A program made the position numbers and the translations under genes. Positions 17,250-25,826 of a stretch of DNA of 64,000 nucleotides are shown here, one piece after another. Source of the stretch: a virus; IMG/VR virus record IMGVR_UViG_3300017917_003053, positions 32,001 to 96,000 of that record, one strand, 5' to 3'. How positions within the stretch are numbered: the first letter of the stretch is position 1; each line of letters starts with the position of its first letter. The notes under the pieces are model-generated. The model made no database searches. It was given only the letters and a program-made list of their open reading frames with translations, and was not told the origin of the DNA.

Positions 17250-17614
17250 AAATAGTAAATATAGAATTTATACTGTATTCAAATAATGAAGAAAATTTCT
17301 GTCTTTTGTCAACAGACTCAGACAGTTTGGTGCTTCCTAATATCACATTCCATAATATAGACCCTGTTAAACTAATGGATCGTACTAAAGAGTTTTTCAT
17401 AGAACAAACATTCTCAAAGTATGTATCTTTAGACTATAAATGGGCCAATCTGAGATTATTAGACTGTGATATTCAAAGTGATGGAGAAAATATTTATACT
17501 CATATCTTTTATGGGTGTTTTGTTCCCAGACATAGTATTACAAAAGATGCGTTTTGGATCGTATCTAATGATCTCTTAAAAACTAGTAAAATCATTAAAA
17601 AAATTCTTATATGA
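17243..17614 (+). CDS. hypothetical protein
   Basis: 123-aa ORF in operon. Confidence 0.65.
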   Translation: MLKIVNIEFILYSNNEENFCLLSTDSDSLVLPNITFHNIDPVKLMDRTKEFFIEQTFSKYVSLDYKWANLRLLDCDIQSDGENIYTHIFYGCFVPRHSITKDAFWIVSNDLLKTSKIIKKILI

Positions 17615-18024
17615 TCAATTATATTAGACAGTGGTTTCGTAGATCATCTGATAAACCTAAAGTATTAGAAATATCTAATGATAAAAATATTATAGATATT
17701 AATTTTGTATTTGATTTAGAAACCGAAAATATTATTCCTGTTTTTCAGGTGGATCCATACGATTTTGCAGCAGAGGAAGATCAGTTTTTGTCTCAAGCAG
17801 AGTCTTTCGCCACTTTACTTAATTATTTTTGTGGCGATAATAACTATATGCGAGAATTATTAATTCAGTCAATGGAGATTCTATCCAAAGAGTCTGATAA
17901 TCATTCTTTATTTGTTAGCAACGTATTATTTTATTGGAAGTCTCAATACGAAATACAAAAACAAAAAGATAGAAAAAATAAACTACCATTAGTAAGACCC
18001 ATAAACGTATTCAGAAATAAATAA
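17611..18024 (+). CDS. hypothetical protein
   Basis: 137-aa ORF, ATGA overlap. Confidence 0.65.
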   Translation: MINYIRQWFRRSSDKPKVLEISNDKNIIDINFVFDLETENIIPVFQVDPYDFAAEEDQFLSQAESFATLLNYFCGDNNYMRELLIQSMEILSKESDNHSLFVSNVLFYWKSQYEIQKQKDRKNKLPLVRPINVFRNK

Positions 18025-18449
18025 TGAACAATAAAAAAATTATATGGGAAAAATGGAGAGATCCATTCTTAGGTTATGACGAAAATGAAATAGATATAGA
18101 AAATACAAATTTTACCAATACTATTTCTGATAATTTTGACAATGATGATGAAGAAACCTCAGAAACAGAACAACAAACAGTAAAGCATAGTGATCCTGTG
18201 CGAGTGATAGCCACTCCTATGGGAATTATACCTTACAATGAGTATACAGCAAGTAGTAAAATATTCAATTTTTGGACAGGGCATACAAACTTCAACATTA
18301 TTGATTCTGTAGCTTTTGCAATAGAAACCACAGATGGAGTTGAAACGTTAGATATCTTTACTAGATATAGATTCCGAATTGGAATAGGAAAAGCTTTTGA
18401 AGATAGACAAGTCATGCAAGCCATAGAAAAAAAACTATATAAACTATGA
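18024..18449 (+). CDS. hypothetical protein
   Basis: 141-aa ORF, TAATG overlap. Confidence 0.7.
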   Translation: MNNKKIIWEKWRDPFLGYDENEIDIENTNFTNTISDNFDNDDEETSETEQQTVKHSDPVRVIATPMGIIPYNEYTASSKIFNFWTGHTNFNIIDSVAFAIETTDGVETLDIFTRYRFRIGIGKAFEDRQVMQAIEKKLYKL

Positions 18450-19132
18450 CAAATTCAGCAGAAAAAACCACAATAGAAACAGCACTTAACTCAATTCATC
18501 TATATAATATTGATGTCTATAATAGAGAAATATACCTACATTCATATTATGGAGATGAAGAAGAAGGTGGTGTGGACTATAGAAGTGCTGTAACATTAGA
18601 AAAAAATATTAGATATTTAGATAGTATTTCTTTAGAACCTATTTTAATTCATATGCACCTTCCTGGTGGTATGTGGTCTGATTGCTTAGGTATTTATGAC
18701 GCTATTAGATTTTCAAAGTCTAAAACAATAATTCTTGCATATGGGAGTGTTGAGTCCGCGAGTAGTGTAATTTTACAATCTGCAAATCTTAGAATATTAA
18801 TGCCTAATACTAATGTTCTAATTCATTATGGTTCTTTTAGTATTAATGATGAACACTCCAAGGCTGCTGCTAGTAGCATACAGTGGAACGAAAGAGAGTG
18901 TGATAAGATGGTAGAAATATTTACAGATAAATGTATGACAGGAAACTTGGCCAAAGACAAAAATTGGAAAAGGATGATGGCAAGAAAACATATCGTTTCA
19001 CAGTTGGCCAACAAATGTGATTGGATATTAAATGCTGATGAATCAGTCGATTATGGTTTTGCTGACGGTGTATTAGGAAGTAAACAGTTTCCTAATATAG
19101 ACTATCTCAAAACATATATAAAGAAAAAATAA
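18446..19132 (+). CDS. clpP: ClpP-like protease subunit
   Basis: PILIHMHLPGG, GIYDAI, ESASS (Ser), LIHYG (His), DWILNADE.VDYGFAD (Asp). Confidence 0.82.
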   Translation: MTNSAEKTTIETALNSIHLYNIDVYNREIYLHSYYGDEEEGGVDYRSAVTLEKNIRYLDSISLEPILIHMHLPGGMWSDCLGIYDAIRFSKSKTIILAYGSVESASSVILQSANLRILMPNTNVLIHYGSFSINDEHSKAAASSIQWNERECDKMVEIFTDKCMTGNLAKDKNWKRMMARKHIVSQLANKCDWILNADESVDYGFADGVLGSKQFPNIDYLKTYIKKK

Positions 19133-19133
19133 A

Positions 19134-19811
19134 ATGAAGATTATTGAATTTGGTCATTATGATACAGCAAGTAATGACGCTGAAGTAAAAAATCTTATAT
19201 TAGATGTGATCAAGTATGGTCCTCAAACTATATCTGTTTATCCTCACAATTTAAAATTAATCAAACCATTACTACCAAATTATATTAAACTATCTTCTGT
19301 TATAGATTATCCATACGGGCAGTCTGATATTAATACAAGATTATCTAGTGCTGAGTTTTGCATCAAAAATGGGGCAAAGATTTTAGAGGTTGTGGCACCC
19401 AACAATTATTTATGCAATAGAAAGTATGACAAATTTAGAGATGATATTGCTTCCTTTAAAGAGCTTTGTGTCAAAAATGATGTAGAATTAAGATATGTAT
19501 TAGAGTACAGGGTTTTTACATTAGAATTGATGTATAAAGTTGCTCAAATATTACTTGAAAATGAAATTTCTACAATCTATCCGTCTACGGGTAATTTATT
19601 TGATGATATTTCAGACAATATTATTGCTACCGTATTAGTTAATAAAAAGGTTCCAAATATTAAGATAATATCTACAGGTAATCTTTGGAATGATAAACAA
19701 GCACAAAATATATGCAAAAATTCAGACATATACGGATTTAAATGCTTTGCACTAAACAGTTTGAGCAGAATAAACGACTGTTTACACTCTTTAAATAATA
19801 GGTCAAATTAA
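19134..19811 (+). CDS. DeoC (deoxyribose-phosphate aldolase)-like TIM barrel, likely inactive
   Basis: VIDYPYG, NGA..LEVV, RYVLE, YPSTG where DeoC has KTSTG. Confidence 0.75.
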   Translation: MKIIEFGHYDTASNDAEVKNLILDVIKYGPQTISVYPHNLKLIKPLLPNYIKLSSVIDYPYGQSDINTRLSSAEFCIKNGAKILEVVAPNNYLCNRKYDKFRDDIASFKELCVKNDVELRYVLEYRVFTLELMYKVAQILLENEISTIYPSTGNLFDDISDNIIATVLVNKKVPNIKIISTGNLWNDKQAQNICKNSDIYGFKCFALNSLSRINDCLHSLNNRSN

Positions 19812-19892
19812 TTTTGATAAAAAACCATTAAAATCAAAATTTTAGGGGTATTATAGATATGGAATTAAATACCATCTTTCATGGAGATTACA

Positions 19893-20474
19893 ATGGCCTC
19901 AATTCAACAAAATGGTAGCCAAACCACAGGCACTTATTGGCTCGGCACATCAACAAAGAACACTGGCGGTGCTGCTGTAAATACAGGTTCAGTATCAACT
20001 CTTATTGACCAAGTATCTCTAGGTAAGACTAAAGATACAGGTTTCGGTTCAACTGTAGTAAACAACAATTCTGCTGATCCAGCCGTTTCTGCTGGTACTT
20101 TTAAGTACGATAACCAAAGACCAGTAGCCAAGAGATTAACAACAACACTTTCTGGCGTTAGTAACACCGCTCTTCAAAGCGGAGCATCTAAGCCAGCACT
20201 AGTGAGAAGTATTCATAAGCTTGAAACTCTACGCACACGCAGACTAACAACTGCTATTAGAGCTGGCCTATGGAATATCTACTCTGGCAAGTTTGCTAAT
20301 AACCAAAATGGTAATGTTCAAAATCCAACAGTTGCAGTCGATACTCTTGCTACAGACGTTGCCGCAACACCAACTCAGGCTGCTCCTGGTCAACTTGTCT
20401 ATATGACAGGCAATACCAAGCCAGTTTCTGGTAGCGATGCTAATTCTGCATACAAGAACAAGACTAACTGGTAA
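19893..20474 (+). CDS. T/A/S/N/G-rich protein, probable abundant virion protein
   Basis: GGAG RBS before ATG 19893; flanked by GGGTATTATA motif and a terminator. Confidence 0.7.
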   Translation: MASIQQNGSQTTGTYWLGTSTKNTGGAAVNTGSVSTLIDQVSLGKTKDTGFGSTVVNNNSADPAVSAGTFKYDNQRPVAKRLTTTLSGVSNTALQSGASKPALVRSIHKLETLRTRRLTTAIRAGLWNIYSGKFANNQNGNVQNPTVAVDTLATDVAATPTQAAPGQLVYMTGNTKPVSGSDANSAYKNKTNW

Positions 20475-20501
20475 ATTTTACTAAGGCTTTAAAATGGAAT
20501 T

Positions 20502-20537
20502 AAGCCATCATACTGAAAAGTATCGGTGGCTTTTTTT
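20502..20537 (+). terminator. Rho-independent terminator
   Basis: AAGCCATC-ATACT-GAAA-AGTAT-C-GGTGGCTT followed by a T run. Confidence 0.85.
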
Positions 20538-20554
20538 CTTGAAAGGGTAAAATC

Positions 20555-20875
20555 ATGAGCGAAACTATTATACATTTTTGGGAGAATATAGCCACCACAA
20601 GTATTGGTATAATTGTAACCATGATTGGTTTTTGGGTGGCCATAGGTAAAAATATGGCAACTAAAGCAGAAGTTGCTGATATGATAGAGACCAAATCACC
20701 ATATCTGCAAGATCGTCAGTTTATTATGGAAAGACTTGCTATTAACAAAGAAAGTCAGGCAGCACTAACCAATATGCTTCAGAAAAATACTGAAGTAATG
20801 AATGAACTTAAAGTTCAAATTGCAATGTTGGGTAAAACATTAGAAGCACTAGAAGACAGAATAGAGAATAAATAG
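20555..20875 (+). CDS. membrane-anchored coiled-coil protein (holin/hemolysin-like)
   Basis: One N-terminal TM segment plus C-terminal heptads. Confidence 0.65.
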   Translation: MSETIIHFWENIATTSIGIIVTMIGFWVAIGKNMATKAEVADMIETKSPYLQDRQFIMERLAINKESQAALTNMLQKNTEVMNELKVQIAMLGKTLEALEDRIENK

Positions 20876-20906
20876 TTTGGTGTAATATAACTTATGGAGA
20901 AAACAA

Positions 20907-21110
20907 ATGACTAACGATATTCAAAAAGCAATTTCTACAAACGATATTAAAAACGGCACTCTTGTCGTAACAACATCATGGACAGGAAAGTATTCTACAT
21001 ATAATCAATATGTAAATAATGCACCGTCTTTAACAAATATTCAATCTAAATTTGATGCACGATTTGACGATCCAAGTTACTACTATGGTAATGGTGTTAA
21101 AGGTTCATAA
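20907..21110 (+). CDS. small hypothetical protein
   Basis: GGAG RBS; GGTGTAATATAA motif upstream. Confidence 0.65.
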   Translation: MTNDIQKAISTNDIKNGTLVVTTSWTGKYSTYNQYVNNAPSLTNIQSKFDARFDDPSYYYGNGVKGS

Positions 21111-21112
21111 AA

Positions 21113-21472
21113 ATGATAAAACCTGGATATAAAACAAGTGAATTTTGGTTCACTCTAGTTAGTTTTATATTTAGTGGTCTGTACTTAGTGGGCCTCATTG
21201 GTGATAGTAGTCAAAAAGAAGATTTGATTAGAGATGTTAGTCATGGTGTTGAAAGCATCATACTGATTGGTGGTCAATTGGCTATCTTATGGAAATACAT
21301 AAATAGTCGAAAACAGATCAAAGAAACATGGTGGAGTACAGCAACTCCAGAAGAAAGAATCACCACTATCAAATCTGCTCCAATAAAATCACCACCCAAA
21401 AAAGCTAAAAAGATTACTAAATCTAAAAAAAGGACTACTAAAAATGACCCCAAAAGAAATACTACAAGCTGA
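21113..21472 (+). CDS. putative holin
   Basis: KPGYKTSEFW start, two TM helices, basic C-terminal tail. Confidence 0.6.
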   Translation: MIKPGYKTSEFWFTLVSFIFSGLYLVGLIGDSSQKEDLIRDVSHGVESIILIGGQLAILWKYINSRKQIKETWWSTATPEERITTIKSAPIKSPPKKAKKITKSKKRTTKNDPKRNTTS

Positions 21473-21848
21473 ATCAGAACTTTTAGTTGTTAAAGCAAAA
21501 GAGTCTGTTGGAAATGTTAAAAAAGTGGCTATGGATGAGGCTTGGAAAATATTACAGATAGCAACAGCATCTGTTGTTCAAGTTATTGAAAAAACAGCTA
21601 TTAATTTAGAAGGAAAAGATAAAAAGACTTTAGCATTAGAAGCATTAAACAGTTTTTATGATAAAGTTTTCGTAGTGATTGACATTCCTTTTGTTCCTCA
21701 ACTTGTTGAACCTATTATACATAGGTATGTTAAAGCGATACTGATGATTATGGTCTCAGCATCAATTGACGCTACCGTGACGATTTTTAGAAATACTGGT
21801 GTTTTTATCAAGAATAATCTTAATAACAAGAATGAGGAGATCAAATGA
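21444..21848 (+). CDS. hypothetical helical/membrane-associated protein
   Basis: G.DKK..AL...YD...IDIP pattern; amphipathic. Confidence 0.65.
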   Translation: MTPKEILQAESELLVVKAKESVGNVKKVAMDEAWKILQIATASVVQVIEKTAINLEGKDKKTLALEALNSFYDKVFVVIDIPFVPQLVEPIIHRYVKAILMIMVSASIDATVTIFRNTGVFIKNNLNNKNEEIK

Positions 21849-22222
21849 ATTACGCTCAAAGTTTTGAAGAATTCAGCAAGTCTGTCACCACTTTAGATTT
21901 AGCTTTGTATGCTGGAGCAGGATTAGTGATCTGGGTTTTATTCAAAGAAAAACTTAGTCCTGTACAACAGTTTATTGCTAGTTTAGTATCAAAGGCAAAG
22001 AATAGTCTACCTGCAATAAAGACAACAGAAGCAACAGTTACTCCGGTAACAACCGTTGTTGAAGTAGATCAGAGTAAACTATTTTTTGATTTAATAGCCT
22101 CATGGAAACAAACACGAGATTTAGCTATTAAGAGTAATTGTCCAGAAGCCGTAAAGGTTGTTGACCAGATGTTTCCATATCTAAGTCCAACAGTATGCGG
22201 ATCAAATAAGGAGAATAACTGA
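21845..22222 (+). CDS. single-pass membrane protein
   Basis: LALYAGAGLVIWVLF TM segment. Confidence 0.7.
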   Translation: MNYAQSFEEFSKSVTTLDLALYAGAGLVIWVLFKEKLSPVQQFIASLVSKAKNSLPAIKTTEATVTPVTTVVEVDQSKLFFDLIASWKQTRDLAIKSNCPEAVKVVDQMFPYLSPTVCGSNKENN

Positions 22223-22716
22223 TGAATAAGAATGTTTTGTTAGCTGTGGGCGTAGCATTAATAGCAATAGGTTTGTTCAAACCTAATCTTGAGTCTTGGG
22301 TTAAGCCAACCAATGTTGATACCCCAGCAGTAGTTATAGTAGATAAACCAACCAATAAAGATTTGGCTGCATTAGCTGTTGATGTTGTAGACTCTCTACA
22401 AGAAGGTGGAGCAGATCGTAAGCAAGATGGAGTCAAATTAGCACAATTATATAATGATTTAGCTACTTTGATTTCATTAAATGGAGAAGATATTGTTATT
22501 AAAAATACTGATGAAATACGTCAAGCTAATTCTTTAGCTGGACTAATGTTGAAGATGGATATGAAAAATAAATATTCTAACTTGGCTAAAGCTTGTAATA
22601 ATTTAGTTGTTAGTGTTATTGGAGACGATTCAGTTCCATTAAACGATGATCTACGATCCAAATCTGTAGAAGCCTTTAAGGCTTTATCATGGGCCTGTTA
22701 TGAAGGAAGCAAATAA
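22222..22716 (+). CDS. exported/membrane-anchored protein
   Basis: N-terminal signal anchor NVLLAVGVALIAIGLF. Confidence 0.7.
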   Translation: MNKNVLLAVGVALIAIGLFKPNLESWVKPTNVDTPAVVIVDKPTNKDLAALAVDVVDSLQEGGADRKQDGVKLAQLYNDLATLISLNGEDIVIKNTDEIRQANSLAGLMLKMDMKNKYSNLAKACNNLVVSVIGDDSVPLNDDLRSKSVEAFKALSWACYEGSK

Positions 22717-23645
22717 TGCCAAGATATACTCCTGAAGAATTATATAATAATTATAGAAAAGGTTTTAGCGGCTGTTTATGGGAACAGCACGTTTTTGATC
22801 ATTTGATGGAAAATAGTAAATATCCATTATTTGGAGACGGTGCTAGTAAAAGATTAGTTGGTAGTGGTAAAGGTAAATTATCTACTCCATATAAGAGCGT
22901 ATTAAAATTTGATAAAAAAGCTTACGAAGAGAGACAAACTACTGGTGATTGCGTAAGCCATGGAACAAGAAACGCATGTGATGTTAGTCGTGCAGTAGAG
23001 ATTGATGTAGTTGGAGAAAGAGAAGCATGGATTGCAAGAGGTGCTACAGAAGCAATTTATGGTGCTAGAGGTCATGGTGGACAAGGAATGAGTTGTTCCA
23101 GAGCCGCAGAATTTGTTAGTAAAAATGGCGGTATAGTTTTAAGAAAAAATTATAAAGGCGTAGCAGACTTTAGTAAATATAATGGTAATCTAGGTGCTGG
23201 ATGGGGTGCTAGGGGATTGCCAGATCCTGTTATTGATCTTGCCAATGATCATCAAATTAAAACTGTCAGTTTGATACAAACCATAGAAGAAGCTAGAGAT
23301 GCTCTTGCTAACGGTTATGGATTAGCTGTATGTTCTAATTATGGTTTTAGCAATAAACGAGATAAAAAGGGTATTGCTAATGTAAGTGGTAACTGGGCTC
23401 ATTGTATGGCTTGGATAGCCTGTGATGATACTGGAAGTGAACCACTATTTTTAGTGCAAAATAGTTGGGGTAAGTGGAATGATGGTGGTCATCCAGAATG
23501 GGGTCCAATTCCTGACGGTTCGTTTTTAATACGAGCAGAAGTGGCTGCTGGTATGTTAGCGGCTAATGGAAGTTACGCTTTTAGTAACTTCGATGGCTTT
23601 CCTGTACAAAAATTACCTTCTTATGGCTTTGAGGATTATCTATGA
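22716..23645 (+). CDS. Papain-like (C1) cysteine peptidase
   Basis: QTTGDCVSHG (Gln/Cys), WAHCM (His), VQNSWG (Asn). Confidence 0.85.
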   Translation: MPRYTPEELYNNYRKGFSGCLWEQHVFDHLMENSKYPLFGDGASKRLVGSGKGKLSTPYKSVLKFDKKAYEERQTTGDCVSHGTRNACDVSRAVEIDVVGEREAWIARGATEAIYGARGHGGQGMSCSRAAEFVSKNGGIVLRKNYKGVADFSKYNGNLGAGWGARGLPDPVIDLANDHQIKTVSLIQTIEEARDALANGYGLAVCSNYGFSNKRDKKGIANVSGNWAHCMAWIACDDTGSEPLFLVQNSWGKWNDGGHPEWGPIPDGSFLIRAEVAAGMLAANGSYAFSNFDGFPVQKLPSYGFEDYL

Positions 23646-24028
23646 GTAATATATATGTTTCTTGTGCTGGAAGCACAGAAGTCAATGGTCTTTATACTCC
23701 CATAGTAGGAGGTTATCAAAACTCAAGTAATTCTTCCATAACATTAACTGTGGACGGAAATTATTGGAAATTTATAGATAACTCTTATTCTGTAGGTTTA
23801 GTATTATATAGATTATATCAAGCCACAATTACAGATCCATTGAGTTTAACTGCGTGGGAAGTTGTGGGCGGTATTGCTCCAACACCAAAAACAGCATTAG
23901 GTAGTTATGCTTCTTGTTCTAGTGAAGGAGGAGGAGGAGCCTCAGCGGGTTCATATACTCTTTACAGACAAAATAACACAAACTACATATATAAAAATAA
24001 TAATACCTTTTATATTAGAAAAAATTAA
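23642..24028 (+). CDS. hypothetical protein
   Basis: 128-aa ORF with AG..EVNG.Y motif. Confidence 0.6.
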   Translation: MSNIYVSCAGSTEVNGLYTPIVGGYQNSSNSSITLTVDGNYWKFIDNSYSVGLVLYRLYQATITDPLSLTAWEVVGGIAPTPKTALGSYASCSSEGGGGASAGSYTLYRQNNTNYIYKNNNTFYIRKN

Positions 24029-24030
24029 CT

Positions 24031-24195
24031 ATGAAAATTTTGGATCAAATAGTATTGAATAGATTAATTAGTATTATTACCAACTTTATCTTGGGCCTAC
24101 TCAAGATATTTGCTCCAAAGTCTGTCGATAACATAGATATTCCTCCTGTTCCAAAGAAACGCAAAAAAATATTACCATGGAGAAAAAACAAATGA
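24031..24195 (+). CDS. 54-aa amphipathic/basic protein (not in the ORF track)
   Basis: MKILDQIVLNRLISIITNFILGLLKIFAPK...PKKRKKILPWRKNK fills the gap; ATGA overlap with next gene. Confidence 0.65.
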   Translation: MKILDQIVLNRLISIITNFILGLLKIFAPKSVDNIDIPPVPKKRKKILPWRKNK

Positions 24196-24530
24196 ATTAT
24201 TTCATTTTAATCTTAACTTTATTTATGTTTGTTTCTGGAACTGTGGAAACTTTTGCCGTATCTCCAACAGCAGCAGTAACCGTTGCCGGAAGCATTATTA
24301 AATCCAAAGATGCTGATACTGTCAAAAAATATAAACGTAAAGATTGTCCAGTATGCAAAGGCAAAGGTTGGTATATCAGTGGAGATGGTATTAAAAAAGT
24401 AGATTGCGGATATTGCGAACCAGAAAAAGCCGAGCCGCCAAAAACAACAGTAATAGTTCATCCGCCAGCAGTTATAAAACAAGAATGTCAGAACGGAGTC
24501 TGCTCACCTCAATATAGAAATGTGAGATAG
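24192..24530 (+). CDS. secreted protein with DnaJ-type zinc finger and CxNGxC tail
   Basis: Signal peptide; CPVCKGKG...CGYC; CQNGVC. Confidence 0.7.
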   Translation: MNYFILILTLFMFVSGTVETFAVSPTAAVTVAGSIIKSKDADTVKKYKRKDCPVCKGKGWYISGDGIKKVDCGYCEPEKAEPPKTTVIVHPPAVIKQECQNGVCSPQYRNVR

Positions 24531-24532
24531 AT

Positions 24533-24925
24533 ATGAATTATGACAAAGATGTAAAGAATGTAGCCGAGAGAGTTTTAAAACAATCAAATATTCCAGATGA
24601 TCAAAAATTTGGTAGTGTTATTGCTATTCTCATGATGATCAGTATAGTCTTAACAGTGATCCGAGTGCTACAAGAATGCAATAAAAATAAAACACAAAAT
24701 ATGACCTGTAAAGATAAATCTTCTGTATATGGAGAAGCCATAAGAACTTATAGTAAGAAACGAGGATGGTTCACTAGATTACGAATCAAGAGAATCTTAA
24801 AGAAACAATTATCATCAGAAGATTACAATAAATATGGTATCAAAATTACCGAATCATTAATGGATGTTGGCGAAAATCTCACGGATGAAGAAGTTTATTC
24901 CTTAGTGGAGGCATCAAATGTTTAA
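24533..24925 (+). CDS. membrane protein
   Basis: FGSVIAILMMISIVLTVIRVL TM segment. Confidence 0.7.
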   Translation: MNYDKDVKNVAERVLKQSNIPDDQKFGSVIAILMMISIVLTVIRVLQECNKNKTQNMTCKDKSSVYGEAIRTYSKKRGWFTRLRIKRILKKQLSSEDYNKYGIKITESLMDVGENLTDEEVYSLVEASNV

Positions 24926-25166
24926 TATTCTTGTGTGGTGTGTATACGGTTTATTTGTCGGATCTATTGCTAAAAGCATAGTACCCGGTGAAGAAAATTT
25001 CGGCTTTGTTAAAACCGTAGCGTTGGGAGTTGCCGGTTCATATATGGGCGGTGCAATATTGTATCTTTTAGGACAATACAATGCTGTATCACCAGCGGGT
25101 ATAATAATGGGCATAGCCGGTGGTATCATAACGCTCATTTTGTACAATAAGCTCACAACAAAGTAG
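24918..25166 (+). CDS. GlsB/YeaQ/YmgE (transglycosylase-associated) membrane protein
   Basis: W..YGL.VG.IAK.IVPG...T..LGVAGS..GG. Confidence 0.85.
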   Translation: MFNILVWCVYGLFVGSIAKSIVPGEENFGFVKTVALGVAGSYMGGAILYLLGQYNAVSPAGIIMGIAGGIITLILYNKLTTK

Positions 25167-25167
25167 T

Positions 25168-25196
25168 CTTGACTTAGACACAGACACCACTATAAT
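25168..25196 (+). promoter_or_regulatory. sigma70-type promoter, probably giving a leaderless mRNA
   Basis: cTTGACT-N16-TATAAT; ATG begins 7 nt after the -10 box; no RBS. Confidence 0.75.
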
Positions 25197-25202
25197 AATT
25201 CC

Positions 25203-25670
25203 ATGCGACCAACATGGACTGACTACTTCTTAGGACTTGCTAAAGTGGCTTCTCAAAGGAGCCATGATATACATACTCAACATGGTTGTGTGATCACTGA
25301 TCAATACAATCATATTTTGGGCATGGGATATAATGGATTTCCAAAAGGTTTAGATGATGCTGTATTGCCATTAACTAGGCCGGAAAAATATAAGTGGATG
25401 ATACATGCTGAACGAAATGCTTTATCCAATTGTATTGTTCGTCCAGAAAATGGTATAGCATATGTCACTGGTCAATGCTGTAACGATTGTATAATGGCCT
25501 TATGGCAAGAAGGAATTCGCAAAGTGGTCATGAGCAATAGTCACGGCACACATCAATTTGATGAAGAGGCACAAAAATTATTTGACACCTTTATTAATCT
25601 TAGTGGCCTAAAAATAGAAAGAGTAACACCAAATCTTAGTTGGCTGAAAGAGTTGTGTGGTGTATTATGA
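25203..25670 (+). CDS. dCMP deaminase
   Basis: RP.W..YF, GYNGFP.G, IHAERNA, CxxC. Confidence 0.9.
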   Translation: MRPTWTDYFLGLAKVASQRSHDIHTQHGCVITDQYNHILGMGYNGFPKGLDDAVLPLTRPEKYKWMIHAERNALSNCIVRPENGIAYVTGQCCNDCIMALWQEGIRKVVMSNSHGTHQFDEEAQKLFDTFINLSGLKIERVTPNLSWLKELCGVL

Positions 25671-25825
25671 GATTAGAAAAGGTAATGTTTTATATTTTAT
25701 GTTTGATTTTTTTCTATAATGGTATTACTGAAAATATAACAATGATAGAACGCTCTTTTAAAGGAATAGTAATACTCGGCTTTATAAACGTATTCAACGA
25801 TCTTGATAAATTAAATAGGAGATAG
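25667..25825 (+). CDS. small membrane protein
   Basis: ATGA overlap; two hydrophobic stretches. Confidence 0.5.
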   Translation: MRLEKVMFYILCLIFFYNGITENITMIERSFKGIVILGFINVFNDLDKLNRR

Positions 25826-25826
25826 T

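Noticed and set aside
19810-19841. 9-bp inverted repeat AATTTTGAT/ATCAAAATT as an operator
   Set aside because: Almost all A/T in an AT-rich genome and no second copy noticed
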